Below, piece by piece: positions 18,871 through 30,145 of a stretch of DNA of 64,000 nucleotides. Below the pieces are notes generated by a model, which saw only the letters and a program-made list of their open reading frames with translations, did no database searches and was not told the origin of the DNA. Each line of letters begins with the position of its first letter. The stretch's first letter is position 1. The DNA is from an uncultured delta proteobacterium (GTDB taxonomy: Bacteria > Myxococcota_A > Polyangia > Fen-1088): positions 128,001 to 192,000 of the forward strand of contig CAWCMR010000006.1 of the NCBI GenBank assembly GCA_963796685.1. Direction: 5' to 3'. A program made the position numbers and the translations under genes.

Positions 18871-21825
18871 CTACTGTGTTCCCGTGTCGCGTGGCAGTTT
18901 CGACGGCTCGGTCGTCGTTATCGGCCTTCGTGCCGCAGTCACCGGGTGGCCCGGTTTCTTCGGCGCGATGAGGTTGCCTTCGGCATCGCGCTCTTCGACC
19001 GAGGCGAGTCTGCCGAGCGAGGCCTCGTTGCTCGCACGATCGCCCACCACGACCACCAGCAGGCTCCCGGGACGGAAGTATTTTTGCGCCACTCCGCGCA
19101 CATCTTGCGCGTTCACGGCCGCGATCTTGTCCACGAACGTGCTCCACGCCGTGGTCGGCAGATCGTAGACAGCCAAGGTGCTCATCTGCGATGCGAGCTG
19201 GCTGGCGGTGGCAAAGCGCGCGGGGAAAGCACCCATGATTTCAGCTTTCGTATCGGCGAGCTCCTGGCCGGTCACGTCACCCGACCGCATGCGAGCGATC
19301 TCTCGCAGGATTTCTTGCACCGCGTCGGCGGTGTGTTCTGCCACGAACTCGCCGCTCACCATCCAGGGTCCCGCGTTACGCCGGGCATCGAACCGCGAGG
19401 TTACCCCATAGGTCCAACCCTTGGTTTCGCGCAGATCCAAGGCCAGTCGTTTGAACGTGCCGCCCAGAATCTGGTTGGCGACCAGCGCGCGGTAGTAGTC
19501 GGGATCCCTGCGTCCGAGGCCGGGCAGGCCAATGCGGATCGACGATTGCTCCGCACCAGCTTTGTCGACAAGGACGATGCGAAGCTTCCGCGGCGCCGCG
19601 ACCTTGGGCAGGTCGATGGCGGGGATCCTTCTCGGTTTCCAGGCCGCGAGAAGAGGCTCGATCCTGGCGCGCACCTGTTCCTCGGTGAGATCGCCTGCCA
19701 CGGCCAAAACAGCGTTGTTGGGCGCGTAGAACGTCTCGTAGAAGTGCTGTAGGTCGGCGCGCCGGAGGCCCCTGAGGGAAGACTCGGTCCCCGTGTCCGG
19801 CCAGGCAAAGGGATGCCCATCGCCCCAAAGGGCACGCGAAAACACCCGGTCCGCGACGACCGATGGATAGTCCTCGCTCGAAGCCAGAAACGCAATCCGG
19901 TCGTCCACGACGCGCTCGAGATCCTCCTCGGCAAAGGCGGGGTCGAGCAGCACGTCCGCCCACACGGAGAGGGCCGGGTCCAGGTTCTCCTCGAGGGTGC
20001 TCAGCGAGACCGTCGACGTGTCCCAGTCGGCATCGGTCTCGAGGGAGGCGCCGAGCCGTCCGATCTCGCTCGCAATCTGGGTTGCGCCACGCTTCTTGGT
20101 TCCCTCATCGAGCATGTCCGCCACCAGACTGGCCAGTCCCGCCTTGCCTTTCGTGTTCGCGCTGTTGCCCGTCTTCACGATCAAGCTCAAGTCGACGAGG
20201 GGAAGCTCGTGCGACTCCGCCAGGATGACCTCTAGACCGTTCTTCAGTCTGAATCGCTTCACGGCAGGCACCTTGAATGGGGGAGCCTCCCTTGCCTGCG
20301 GCGGCGTGGCGCGAAATGCGGCGTCCGGCGTTCGGCGCAGGACGGTCTGCGTCTGGTAGGCCCGCCGGGTGATGCCAACGCCACCCGACGCGGGTGTGCC
20401 CGTCTCCAGCGAGGTTGGCGACACCAACCGCCCCATGATGGGAGCGCTGGCATTCGGCTCGATATCGATCACGACCCGTTGGCGTTTGGTCAGGATCCTC
20501 TTCGCCCAGGTCTCGAGGACCTCCGGCGTCGCGTTCTCGTAACGCGCGAGATCCTGACTCAGGTAGGCCGGGTCATCGGCGAAGACATCGTAGTACAGAA
20601 GGCGCGACGCCAGACCCGGGAGCGATTCCATGCGCTCGAGAAGGTCGGTCTTAATCTGATTCTTGGCCTGCTCGACCTCTTCAGGGGTGGGCGGATGGGT
20701 GCGCAACCCCTCCAGCTCTTCGTCGATGACCTGCTCGATCTCGGTCAGGGAGTGTCCCTCCGTCGGGGTGTAGTCGATTGCGAAAGTCCCGCAGTACATG
20801 CGACTCAAATGGCTGACCGACACGGACTCGGCGATCTTGAGGTCGTGGACCAGGAGCCGGTAGAGACGGGAGCCCTCGCCGCCGCCGAGAATGTCGGCGA
20901 GCATGTCCAACTCGGCATCGCCGGGCATGAAGACGGGCACGGTGTCCCACGCCATCCGGCCGCGCGGAAGATCGACATTGGCTTCCATGATGAGACGCTT
21001 CTCGGCCTTTTGCGGTGGGATGATCGGCGGGGACATGGGCTGCAGGGGGGGCCCCGCGGTGATGGGCCCGAAATACTTGTCGATGAGGCGCTTGGTGAGA
21101 GCGGTGTCGATGTCGCCGGCCACCAGCAGGACTGCGTTTCCCGGCACATAGAAGCGATTGTAGAACTCCTTCAGATCCGCTTCGGAGGCGGCGTTCAGAT
21201 CCGCCATCGAGCCGACGACCTCATGGCGATAGGGGTGCCCTACCGGGAAGAGCGCCTCGAGCTCGACGCGTGCAACATCGCCAAAGGGGACATCGTCGAC
21301 GGTCTGGCGACGTTCGTTTTCCACCACGTCGCGCTGGTTGACGAGCGCCTCATGAATGGAGGAGCCATCGCGTGCGGCGCCATCTCGATCGAGCAGGAAT
21401 CCCATGCGCGAGCTTTCGAGCCACAAGCCGAGCTCGAGTTGCGAGGACGGCAGGGTTTCGAAGTAGCTCGTTCGATCCATGTTGGTCGAACCGTTGCGCG
21501 CCGAGGCTCCAGCCTCGGAGAGATACTTGAAATAGGCTCCCCTCGGGATCTGTTTGGTCCCCTCGAACATCATGTGCTCGAACAAGTGCGCGAATCCGGT
21601 TCGGCCGGCAACCTCGTCTTTCGAGCCGACCTTGTACCAGACCTCCACGTGGGCAAGGGGAGCGCGGTGGTCGACGTGCAGCAGAACTTCGAGTCCATTT
21701 TGCAGGCGGTACTGCTGGAACGAAATGTCGGGCACGGCAGCGACGGCCCACGAGGAATGGGAAAGGAGGCATCCCACTCCCCCCATCGCGCATAACACGG
21801 CATGTCTTAATCGACGGTAGCTCAT
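18871..21825 (-). CDS. M16 (pitrilysin-family) zinc peptidase, two-lobed
   Basis: GFAHLFEHMMF (HxxEH), ENERRQ, second lobe LKNGL and LRETKGWTYG; start uncertain. Confidence 0.93.
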   Translation of the reverse strand: MSYRRLRHAVLCAMGGVGCLLSHSSWAVAAVPDISFQQYRLQNGLEVLLHVDHRAPLAHVEVWYKVGSKDEVAGRTGFAHLFEHMMFEGTKQIPRGAYFKYLSEAGASARNGSTNMDRTSYFETLPSSQLELGLWLESSRMGFLLDRDGAARDGSSIHEALVNQRDVVENERRQTVDDVPFGDVARVELEALFPVGHPYRHEVVGSMADLNAASEADLKEFYNRFYVPGNAVLLVAGDIDTALTKRLIDKYFGPITAGPPLQPMSPPIIPPQKAEKRLIMEANVDLPRGRMAWDTVPVFMPGDAELDMLADILGGGEGSRLYRLLVHDLKIAESVSVSHLSRMYCGTFAIDYTPTEGHSLTEIEQVIDEELEGLRTHPPTPEEVEQAKNQIKTDLLERMESLPGLASRLLYYDVFADDPAYLSQDLARYENATPEVLETWAKRILTKRQRVVIDIEPNASAPIMGRLVSPTSLETGTPASGGVGITRRAYQTQTVLRRTPDAAFRATPPQAREAPPFKVPAVKRFRLKNGLEVILAESHELPLVDLSLIVKTGNSANTKGKAGLASLVADMLDEGTKKRGATQIASEIGRLGASLETDADWDTSTVSLSTLEENLDPALSVWADVLLDPAFAEEDLERVVDDRIAFLASSEDYPSVVADRVFSRALWGDGHPFAWPDTGTESSLRGLRRADLQHFYETFYAPNNAVLAVAGDLTEEQVRARIEPLLAAWKPRRIPAIDLPKVAAPRKLRIVLVDKAGAEQSSIRIGLPGLGRRDPDYYRALVANQILGGTFKRLALDLRETKGWTYGVTSRFDARRNAGPWMVSGEFVAEHTADAVQEILREIARMRSGDVTGQELADTKAEIMGAFPARFATASQLASQMSTLAVYDLPTTAWSTFVDKIAAVNAQDVRGVAQKYFRPGSLLVVVVGDRASNEASLGRLASVEERDAEGNLIAPKKPGHPVTAARRPITTTEPSKLPRDTGTQ

Positions 21826-21839
21826 CGAGCCGAGGGGAG

Positions 21840-21854
21840 GCACGATTTGTGCCA
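21840..21854 (-). promoter_or_regulatory. Sigma54 -24/-12 promoter for M16 peptidase
   Basis: TGGCACAAATCGTGC (GG-N10-GC). Confidence 0.6.
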
Positions 21855-21915
21855 GGCTATTGCACCGATGTCGTGCGTGATCCTGCGTGATCCAAGTGGT
21901 GCGCGCGGTCGGGTC

Positions 21916-21949
21916 GAGGCGTTCCGCCCCGCGTGGCAACTTGCCACGC
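21916..21949. promoter_or_regulatory. Tandem palindromic candidate enhancer sites
   Basis: GAGGCG-TTC-CGCCCC (21916) and GTGGCA-ACT-TGCCAC (21933), between two divergent sigma54 promoters. Confidence 0.6.
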
Positions 21950-21997
21950 TCCGTCGACAGTGGAGCCACATCCGCATGAAGAAGGAGACGCAGCATA

Positions 21998-22012
21998 TGG
22001 CATGATAACCGC
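21998..22012 (+). promoter_or_regulatory. Sigma54 -24/-12 promoter for usp
   Basis: TGGCATGATAACCGC (GG-N10-GC). Confidence 0.55.
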
Positions 22013-22045
22013 AAAGCAAACGGACGCGGGAAGGAGAGTGTTGAG

Positions 22046-22513
22046 ATGAAGCTCGACGATTTGAAGTTGATCCTGGTGCCAACGGACTTTTCCGAGGCCT
22101 CGGATGAGGCTGTGACCGCCGCCGTCACGCTGGCGCAAATGTTTCACGCTGGCATCGAGGTTCTGCACGTCGATCTGAATTCGGCATTCGTTCTGCCCCC
22201 ACCCGGCGATGTTCTCATGATGCCGATCGTGATCCAGAACGCCATGGCGCGTGCCGGGGAGAACCTGGAACGCACCGTGGCCGACATTCGCGCGAAGAAC
22301 ATCGTGTGCACGCGGGCTTCCGAGGTGGGGCGCACGGACACCGCAATCGTCGATCATGCCCAGCGCATTGGCGCCGGGCTGATCGTGATGGGCAGTCATG
22401 GACGGCACGGCTTGGGCCATCTTCTGCTTGGCAGCGTCGCGGAGAAGGTCGTGCAGCATGCACCCTGTGCCGTCCTGATAATCCCGGTTGCGGCCCCCGC
22501 ACATTTGTCCTGA
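22046..22513 (+). CDS. Universal stress protein
   Basis: ILVPTDFSEAS, LIVMGSHGRHG, LLGSVAEKVVQHAPCAVL. Confidence 0.96.
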   Translation: MKLDDLKLILVPTDFSEASDEAVTAAVTLAQMFHAGIEVLHVDLNSAFVLPPPGDVLMMPIVIQNAMARAGENLERTVADIRAKNIVCTRASEVGRTDTAIVDHAQRIGAGLIVMGSHGRHGLGHLLLGSVAEKVVQHAPCAVLIIPVAAPAHLS

Positions 22514-22591
22514 AGATGTGCCCGGAAATCGGTAATCAGGGCTCGGACACGGTGGGTGACGGCCCATGGCGGCGAGAAGGCCGGTCGGCCC

Positions 22592-23158
22592 TCAGCGCGA
22601 CTCTTTGGGATGAAGGCCGGCGCGACGGTTCTTGGCCCAACATTCCTCGTTGTGTTGCGTGCACAAGGGGCGATCCTTGCCGTAGGTCACGGTCTTGAGC
22701 TGCTCCGCCGACACGCCCAAGCGCTCGAGGTAGCTCTCGACCGCGCTCGCGCGCTTGTCGCCAAGGGCGAGGTTCCACTCCTCGGTGCCCCGTTCGTCCG
22801 CGTTGCCATCGATGGTCACGTGCAGCGCGTGAAGAACCTTCAAACAGCGTCCCATGCGCTGGAGCTTGGCCTCGTCCTCGTCGCGCAGGTTGGCCTCGTT
22901 GAATTCGAAGTGAACGCGCATGGTGCTGCACTCGGCAAGGTCGGGCGTGATGTCGACGCACGCCGATCGGATGCAGAGCTGGTTTTCCATGCAATCCCCG
23001 TCCGAAGAGCAGCTGTGCTGGGACGACTGGGTCGTTGCCACGGTCCGGGGTTGGGGAGCGGGCGGTGCCGTCACCGGGGGTTCCGCCTTCTTGGGCTCGT
23101 GTGCGCAGGCAAGCACGCCCGCAGCCAAAACCATACCTAGAATCAGTCCATTTCTCAT
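22592..23158 (-). CDS. OmpA-C/Pal-like peptidoglycan-associated lipoprotein with small Cys-rich insert
   Basis: Lipobox VLAC; GNADERGTEEWNLALGDKRA, YGKDRP, NRRA. Confidence 0.92.
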   Translation of the reverse strand: MRNGLILGMVLAAGVLACAHEPKKAEPPVTAPPAPQPRTVATTQSSQHSCSSDGDCMENQLCIRSACVDITPDLAECSTMRVHFEFNEANLRDEDEAKLQRMGRCLKVLHALHVTIDGNADERGTEEWNLALGDKRASAVESYLERLGVSAEQLKTVTYGKDRPLCTQHNEECWAKNRRAGLHPKESR

Positions 23159-23220
23159 CGTCGATCTCCTCTTTCTCGCTAGGGTGGAAAACCGTGCGCG
23201 GGCCCTACTCATGCGCCCAC

Positions 23221-23235
23221 GCACACAACGCGCCA
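23221..23235 (-). promoter_or_regulatory. Sigma54-like promoter for Pal-like gene
   Basis: TGGCGCGTTGTGTGC. Confidence 0.45.
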
Positions 23236-23478
23236 CCTGGACACGCGTCAGGGTTCGTTCGTTGTATCGCTGATGCATAGATCTCCCTTTGACGCGTGCT
23301 TCGGTGTCTGCTTAGACGAGGCCGCAATGAAAAACATTCAATGTTGAGAGAAAGAATCCTCATTTGGAGCCGACCGCGTCGAAAGCGTCGAACCGGATCG
23401 AATTGATCCACTGCCGCGCTATGCTCTCCTTGCTATGCGAATAGCGAAATTCCGGAATTTTGCGGAAGAGAGCACGGA

Positions 23479-25221
23479 TTGGCCGACCATGCGGTGATCA
23501 AGGGCGTCGCGGTATCGTCCGGCATTGCGCGCGGCACGGCCTTCGTTCTCACGCGCGCCGATCGGGTCGTGCCTCGACGTCGCTTGGAAGAGACTGCGGT
23601 CGATGCAGAGATCGCCCGCCTGGACGCCGCCATCGACCGGGCGGAGCAGGAGATTGTCGCGCTCCGCAAGGATGTGGAGAAGAGGATCGGCGCAGACGAA
23701 GCCGACATCTTCGCGGCGCAGGCCATGGTGGTTCGGGATCACAGCTTGCGCAGCCAGGTGGTTTCCGTCATCTCTCAGGATCGCGTCAACGTCGAAGCCG
23801 CCGTGGCAGACGTGGTGGAGAACATCGGCAGGAGATTCGAACAGATCGCCGATCCCTATCTGCGCGAGCGGGCCGCCGATATTCGCGACGTCGGCCGGCG
23901 GGTGCTCTCGGCCCTGATGGACAGGGATGGGCCCGGCGTTCTCGACCTTCCGAAGAAGTCCATCCTCGTCGCGCACGAGCTTCTCCCCTCGACCACCGCG
24001 CGTTTCGATCTTGGACGCGTGCGTGCCTTCGTCAGCGACCGTGGCGGTAATTTTTCCCACACCGCGATCCTCGCGCGCTCCATGCGCTTACCTGCGGTCA
24101 GCGGCGTAACCGAGGCCTGGACCAAAATCAAGACGGGCGACAGCTTGATCGTGGACGGGGTGTCGGGAACGGTGTTCGTCAATCCCGACGATTCGGTGCG
24201 ACGCGAGTACGACCGCCTGGAGACCGAGCTGCGGGGATACCGGGCCGATCTGAAAAAGAGCGTCGATCTACCTTCGACCACGGTTGACGGCGTTCCCATC
24301 TCGTTGCTCGCCAATGTGAACAAGCTCTCCGACACCGAGGCCGCCCGGCTGTACAAGGCGGAGGGCATCGGTCTCTATCGCACCGAGTTCGCTTTTTCCA
24401 TTCGTTCCGCGTTTCCCACCGAGCAAGAGCAGGTCGACCTGTTTCTGCGTGCCGCCAAGCGTTTCCACCCGCACAAGGTCGTCTTTCGCCTGCTGGACCT
24501 GGGCGGAGACAAGACGCTCGACTACTTCCCGCTGCCGGCCTCGCGCAATCCCTCTTTGGGGCAACGCGGCCTCCGACTTTTGCTCAAGAACCTCGACGTG
24601 CTCAGACCGCAGTTGCGGGCGATCTTGCGTGTCAGCGCCGAGCACCCGGTGTCCATCCTGCTTCCCGTCGTGGGAGGTCTCGACGAGGTGCGCTCGGCAC
24701 GCGCTGTCCTCGAGCAAGTCAAGCAAGAGCTGGCGGCCGAGGGGCGCGCCTTCAATCCCGCGATACCCCTGGGCGCCATGATCGAGGTTCCTTCAGCCGC
24801 GATCTCCATTGCGACGCTGGTCGGCGATCTCGACTTCTTCAGTCTCGGCACGAACGATCTCGTCCAGTACGTGCTCGCCGCGGATCGGGAGGAGGGCGCC
24901 ATGGCCGACTACTACCGGCCGCTTCACCCTGCCATCCTGCGCCTCATCCACATGGTGGTCGACGCCACGCGCGCCGCCGCGCGGCCTCTCACCATTTGCG
25001 GTGAGATCGCGGGGAACCCCCAATACACCGAGTTGTTGGTCGGGCTGGGGCTGCGGGAGTTCAGCGTCGCCCCGGGCGAAATTCTCGAGGTGAAGAGCGC
25101 GATCCGCGCCGTGCGCGTGGCCGACGCCACGCCATTCGCCGCGCGAGCGCTCGGGCTCTCGTCCGTGACCGAGGTGGAGGCGTTGGTCGAGGGCCGGCGC
25201 GACGCTCGTAAGCAAGCCTGA
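23479..25221 (+). CDS. ptsP: Phosphoenolpyruvate-protein phosphotransferase (PTS enzyme I)
   Basis: GGNFSHTAILAR (phospho-His), GIGLYRTEF, GAMIEVPSAA, SLGTNDLVQY, ICGE. Confidence 0.96.
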   Translation: MADHAVIKGVAVSSGIARGTAFVLTRADRVVPRRRLEETAVDAEIARLDAAIDRAEQEIVALRKDVEKRIGADEADIFAAQAMVVRDHSLRSQVVSVISQDRVNVEAAVADVVENIGRRFEQIADPYLRERAADIRDVGRRVLSALMDRDGPGVLDLPKKSILVAHELLPSTTARFDLGRVRAFVSDRGGNFSHTAILARSMRLPAVSGVTEAWTKIKTGDSLIVDGVSGTVFVNPDDSVRREYDRLETELRGYRADLKKSVDLPSTTVDGVPISLLANVNKLSDTEAARLYKAEGIGLYRTEFAFSIRSAFPTEQEQVDLFLRAAKRFHPHKVVFRLLDLGGDKTLDYFPLPASRNPSLGQRGLRLLLKNLDVLRPQLRAILRVSAEHPVSILLPVVGGLDEVRSARAVLEQVKQELAAEGRAFNPAIPLGAMIEVPSAAISIATLVGDLDFFSLGTNDLVQYVLAADREEGAMADYYRPLHPAILRLIHMVVDATRAAARPLTICGEIAGNPQYTELLVGLGLREFSVAPGEILEVKSAIRAVRVADATPFAARALGLSSVTEVEALVEGRRDARKQA

Positions 25222-25393
25222 ATGACGGTCCGCGATCCGACCGCGGCCGGCCGTCTAGTCCATGTTCGGCATCACGGGACCAAACGGAAATTCCGCTGGC
25301 ATTGGAAGGAAAATGCAACCGACCCGGCGAGGCGCCTTTTCGGGGACAACTCAAGCTGGTTTGGCATAATCGGCAAAAGGACACCACGAGATC

Positions 25394-26041
25394 ATGCAAT
25401 CCCTGCTTCCGCATCTTGTCGAGTTCGCGATCATCTTCCCGGCGATCGTCTTGCACGAGATCGCTCACGGCTACGTCGCCTACCGGCTCGGCGACCCGAC
25501 CGCCAAGCGCGCCGGCCGCCTTACCTTGAACCCGTTCGCCCACATCGACCCGATCGGCACGGTGGTCCTGCCGATCGTCCTGCTGGTGATGTCGGGAGGG
25601 TCCTATTTCTTCGGCTGGGCCAAGCCGGTGCCGATCGACTCGCGAAATTTCCGGGACGAGCGCACCGGGATGCTGCTGACGGGAATCGCAGGTCCGGCGA
25701 TGAACGTCCTTTTGGCGCTGATCACCGGGCTCGTATCCAGGGCGTTTCCGGTACTGGCCTTCGCGCCGGGCCGATTCACGAGCGTCGGCTCGCTGCTGCT
25801 CTTCTTCTGCTACGGGAACCTCATCCTGGCGTTCTTCAACCTGATCCCGATCCCGCCGCTCGATGGCTCGCGCGTCGTTCAGTGGTTCCTGCCGTCTGCC
25901 GCACGCAATACGTACAGCTCCATCGAGCGCTACGGCTTCATCATCCTGATCGGTGCGACATGGGTGCTGCCCGGGCTTTTCGGCGCGTACCTGGCCGTGA
26001 CGGTCGGTCCGATCTTCAGCGTGCTGACCGGCGCGCAATAG
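25394..26041 (+). CDS. Site-2 protease (M50 family)
   Basis: HEIAH, AGPAMN, FNLIPIPPLDGSR. Confidence 0.95.
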   Translation: MQSLLPHLVEFAIIFPAIVLHEIAHGYVAYRLGDPTAKRAGRLTLNPFAHIDPIGTVVLPIVLLVMSGGSYFFGWAKPVPIDSRNFRDERTGMLLTGIAGPAMNVLLALITGLVSRAFPVLAFAPGRFTSVGSLLLFFCYGNLILAFFNLIPIPPLDGSRVVQWFLPSAARNTYSSIERYGFIILIGATWVLPGLFGAYLAVTVGPIFSVLTGAQ

Positions 26042-26161
26042 CGACTGTGCCCGCTCTGGTGGCTCACTTCGGGCGACGGTCGACCCATGGGTCGGGTATT
26101 TCGAGCTACCATGAAGGATTTTCCTTTTCGCACGCCTCACGCGGTTGGAGTATGGAGGCAA

Positions 26162-27604
26162 ATGGGAACAAGAAGGGATGCTGAGAGGCAATTGGGCAAG
26201 AAGGATCCCAAGCGATCCGACGCGCTGGTGCTCTTCGGTGTGACAGGAGATCTGGCGCGCAAGATGATCTTGCCGGCGCTTTACGCATTGGCGAAGCGCG
26301 GGGTTCTCGACGTACCGGTGGTCGGTGTCGCGGCTCCGAAGTGGAGTGCGGAGGAGCTGCGCAAACACACGACGGACAGCGTCAAGATGGCCGCAAAGGG
26401 CGGAAAGATCGACGACCGAGACGCCTTGCACCGCCTGCTCTCCCTTCTCCGTTACGTGGGGGGCGACTACAACACCCCGGAAACGTTCCGCGCGCTCAAG
26501 CAGGCACTGGGCGATGCCAGGCGCCCGGTACACTACCTGGCCATCCCTCCATCGCTCTTCGACGTGGTCATCCAGGGGCTGGGCGCCGCGGGCTTGGCCA
26601 AGGATGCGCGGGTCATCGTCGAGAAGCCGTTCGGACGTGATTTGGCCTCGGCGCGGAAGCTCAACGCCATTGCGCAGGCGGTGTTCCCGGAAGATTCGAT
26701 TTTCCGCATCGACCATTACCTTGGCAAAGAGGCGATCATGAACATCCTCTATTTTCGCTTCGCCAACTCGTTCCTCGAGCCGATATGGAACCGCGACTGC
26801 GTGGCCAGCGTGCAGATCACGCTGAGCGAGGACTTCGGAGTCAAGGGGCGTGGTGCATTCTACGAGAGCGCTGGTTGCCTCCGCGACGTCATCCAGAACC
26901 ACCTTTTTCAGATCCTCTCGCTGCTGGCCATGGAGCCGCCAGCGTATCAGGGCTATGGTGCCGTGGGCGTCGAGAAGGCGAAGGTGTTCCAGTCCACGCG
27001 CCCCCTGCACCCGCGCGATGTGGTGCGCGGTCAGTACGCGGGATACCGGAAAGAACCCGGTGTGGCCAAAGACTCCGACGTGGAGACCTACTGCGCCCTG
27101 CGCCTGTTCATCGATTCGTGGCGCTGGCAGGGGGTGCCTTGGTACCTGCGTTCGGGAAAGTGCTTGGCGACCTCCGCGGCCGAGGTCTTGGTGGAATTGA
27201 AGACTCCTCCACAACGGCTGTTCGAGGATTCATGGCCCACAGCGGGACGCGCCAACTATGTGCGTTTTCGACTCTCCCCCAGCTCGGCCGTCGGCCTCGC
27301 TGCTCGCGTGAAGCGCGCGGGGGAGGAGTTCATCGGCGACCAGCGAGAGCTCTACCTGCTCGAAGAGCAAGTGGGAGAGGAAATGCCCTACGAGCGGCTG
27401 CTAGGGGATGCCATGGCCGGCAATGGCGCGCTCTTCACCAGTGAAGAGGCAGTGGAGGCGGCCTGGGCGGTGGTGGAGCCGATTCTCAAGACGCACCACC
27501 GAGCCTATCGCTACGAGCCGGGCAGCTGGGGGCCGAAAGAGGCCGATGCGTTGATTGCGGCCCATGGTGGCTGGCACAATCCTTTACCTGAGAGGAGGCG
27601 ATGA
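26162..27604 (+). CDS. zwf: Glucose-6-phosphate 1-dehydrogenase
   Basis: [38 protein letters not shown]. Confidence 0.97.
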   Translation: MGTRRDAERQLGKKDPKRSDALVLFGVTGDLARKMILPALYALAKRGVLDVPVVGVAAPKWSAEELRKHTTDSVKMAAKGGKIDDRDALHRLLSLLRYVGGDYNTPETFRALKQALGDARRPVHYLAIPPSLFDVVIQGLGAAGLAKDARVIVEKPFGRDLASARKLNAIAQAVFPEDSIFRIDHYLGKEAIMNILYFRFANSFLEPIWNRDCVASVQITLSEDFGVKGRGAFYESAGCLRDVIQNHLFQILSLLAMEPPAYQGYGAVGVEKAKVFQSTRPLHPRDVVRGQYAGYRKEPGVAKDSDVETYCALRLFIDSWRWQGVPWYLRSGKCLATSAAEVLVELKTPPQRLFEDSWPTAGRANYVRFRLSPSSAVGLAARVKRAGEEFIGDQRELYLLEEQVGEEMPYERLLGDAMAGNGALFTSEEAVEAAWAVVEPILKTHHRAYRYEPGSWGPKEADALIAAHGGWHNPLPERRR

Positions 27605-29290
27605 ACCAGTCTGCGAAACCTTGTGCCGCCGAATGGCCTCTTCCACGGACAGAAATACTTGCTGGGCTCCGACTGTTTCAAGAAGACCCGTTCGCCCGGC
27701 AGCCCGGCTTGCACGTTTGGATTCGAGCCGCGCCAGCGCCACATCGATGCTGCGGCTCCGCAGATCGTCGATCGCCTTTTGCAACAACTGGGAACCGGTG
27801 AAGTCCACGTCGATCACGCCGCTCGACTCGATGACGACCAGTCGACAGGGCGATGGCAACTGCGTGATCGCATGCATCATCTTGCCGATGAGGTAATGGG
27901 CGTTCATGAAATTGACCGGGGCTGCGAGCGCGAAGACGAGGACGCCGGGCTCGCTCTCGGCGGGCTTGCCCTTTTCCCTGGTCCACCAAACGGTGGTTCC
28001 CGGCACGCGTGCCAGATCCGTGCAATGGGGACGGGCGATGACGTAAACGCTGTGCAGGAGCGAGAGCACGATGCTCATGCTGACGCCGATGGCTATCGGC
28101 ATCATGACCACCAGCACCCCGCTCGCGACGACCAGGAGAATCTCCCACGGGCTGCGCTCGTAGATGCGTCTCATCACCGGAAGGTGAAAGATGCGTATGC
28201 CGATGAAGACGAGCACGCCGCCCAATGCGGCGCGCGGAATATACGCGAACGCATGCGCGGCCAGCAATACCAGGGCCGCGACCATGACCATCGCCAACAG
28301 GCTGGACATTTGCGACCTTCCGCCGGACTCGGCCACCACGGCCGTGCGGGGTGGGCTCAAGTTGACGGCAAAGGAGCCAAGCAGCGTTGCCAAGATACAG
28401 CCGACTCCCACGGCGGCGAAGTCGCGGTCGACGGTACCATCGGCGCCCGAGTCGGACGAGAATGATTGCGCGACGGCAGCCGTCTGAATCATGCACACCA
28501 GCGCGACAAGGAGCGACAGCGGCAACAGACGGGTGAACTCGCTCCAGCTCGGAAGCGCGAAGGTGCTCGCGGGCAACGCAATGGGCAGCGCACCCAGTAC
28601 CCCGACCCCGTGGCGTTCCAGGTTGAATTGCCAGACCAGGAAGCCACTGAGCACGAGCGCGATGAGCGCACCCGGGATGCGCCGATTCACCCGCTCGGAA
28701 ATCAGACACAGGACAAGGACTCCGCACCCGACCGATACGGAATACGGATTGGCCTGGGAGAGCTGCCGGGCGAGCTCGCCGATCTCGTGCAACGGATTGC
28801 CTCGCGAGCTGGTGACGCCCAGGATGGTGGGCAATTGCCCGACGATGATGTGAAGCGAAATGCCAGCGAGAAACCCCGTGGTCACCGGAATGGACAGCAG
28901 ATCCGCAACCCAGCCCAGGCGCAGGGGACTGCCGAGCAACAGGACGACGCCGATGAGCAGCGCCAGCACCGCGACGAGGCTGGCATAGTGGGGAGTGCCA
29001 ATTCCAGCCATGCTTGCCAGCGTGGCCGCCATGATGGGCGCGATGGTCGAGTCGGCCCCCACCGACATGAGACGGTTGTTTCCGAAGGCCGCGAAGGCGA
29101 ACGAACCTGCCGCGAAGGCCCACAGCCCACTCATGGGTGGCATCCCCACGAGCCGCGCCGTGGCGATCTGCTCCGGAATGGCGATCGAGGCAAGGGTCAT
29201 GGCGGCGATGGCATCGCCCGACAGCCACGAAGCGTTGAGCCCGCGTAGCGAGGCAAAGAGCCATCTACTCCGTTCGCTCGATTCAACCAC
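27584..29290 (-). CDS. SulP-family anion transporter with STAS domain
   Basis: [22 protein letters not shown]-terminal [12 protein letters not shown]. Confidence 0.93.
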   Translation of the reverse strand: MVESSERSRWLFASLRGLNASWLSGDAIAAMTLASIAIPEQIATARLVGMPPMSGLWAFAAGSFAFAAFGNNRLMSVGADSTIAPIMAATLASMAGIGTPHYASLVAVLALLIGVVLLLGSPLRLGWVADLLSIPVTTGFLAGISLHIIVGQLPTILGVTSSRGNPLHEIGELARQLSQANPYSVSVGCGVLVLCLISERVNRRIPGALIALVLSGFLVWQFNLERHGVGVLGALPIALPASTFALPSWSEFTRLLPLSLLVALVCMIQTAAVAQSFSSDSGADGTVDRDFAAVGVGCILATLLGSFAVNLSPPRTAVVAESGGRSQMSSLLAMVMVAALVLLAAHAFAYIPRAALGGVLVFIGIRIFHLPVMRRIYERSPWEILLVVASGVLVVMMPIAIGVSMSIVLSLLHSVYVIARPHCTDLARVPGTTVWWTREKGKPAESEPGVLVFALAAPVNFMNAHYLIGKMMHAITQLPSPCRLVVIESSGVIDVDFTGSQLLQKAIDDLRSRSIDVALARLESKRASRAAGRTGLLETVGAQQVFLSVEEAIRRHKVSQTGSSPPLR

Positions 29291-29512
29291 GGGGCTCGAG
29301 CCTCGCGGTTCGCTCCAACCGGACTCCCGAGCCCTTCCTCTGGGTCCAGCTATTCATGGTGTGCGGGCGCATGCCTGGCATCTCCAGTGTAGACGCCCCG
29401 GTCGCCCGCGTATAGCCGATTCGGTTGTCCCCCTGATCCCACGGTCAGGGCGACGCCGCAGACGGCCCAGGATCCGCCCGAACGGCGACGCGGAGACGTT
29501 CACCAGGGGTTG

Positions 29513-30145
29513 CTAGGCCTTGGGTAACGTGATGAGCAATTCTTGGCCTTGGTGCTCGACCTTCATCTGCTCGGCCTTCACTGGCGTGGGAAGCTGAATG
29601 GTTTGCGCATACTGGCCCCATTCCGTGACATTGACCTTCCCATTCTTCTCGGTGGAGGTCTCGGTGCTCTTGTTGTCCACTTCGACCTTCAACGTCTGCT
29701 TGTTGAGCATGCTGACGTCGATATCCGAGGCCTTCGCGTTGGGCAAAAAGGCGTGCACTTCGTAGTGATCCTTCAGATCCTGCACGTTGAGCGACAGCGA
29801 GTAGCCCGGGTTATCCGGAAAGACGCTGAGCTTGGGTTCCTTGTGGAACTGCGCGGACATGTTGTTGAACATCTGGTCCAAGTGCAACTGCATGTCGCGC
29901 AATGCCTGGAATGGATTCCATTGAGCGGAGCCGGTGGGCTTCGTTTCGTGGGTGGATGCGGACGCCTGTGCCTTCGGCGAGGACTTCATCCCGGCCACGG
30001 CGGTGGAGCTTTCGAACAGGTACTTGGTTGCCACTCCCCCGACCACTAGGCCGATCACCAAGGTGATGATGGCGACGACGGAGGTTCTTGCGCTGGACGA
30101 CTTCTTGCTCTTGGTCTCGGTTGCCTTGGGATCTTCAGCACGCAT
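29513..30145 (-). CDS. Hsp20/alpha-crystallin-domain protein with N-terminal TM segment
   Basis: TM helix, WNPF, alpha-crystallin core ending GQELLITLPKA. Confidence 0.85.
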   Translation of the reverse strand: MRAEDPKATETKSKKSSSARTSVVAIITLVIGLVVGGVATKYLFESSTAVAGMKSSPKAQASASTHETKPTGSAQWNPFQALRDMQLHLDQMFNNMSAQFHKEPKLSVFPDNPGYSLSLNVQDLKDHYEVHAFLPNAKASDIDVSMLNKQTLKVEVDNKSTETSTEKNGKVNVTEWGQYAQTIQLPTPVKAEQMKVEHQGQELLITLPKA

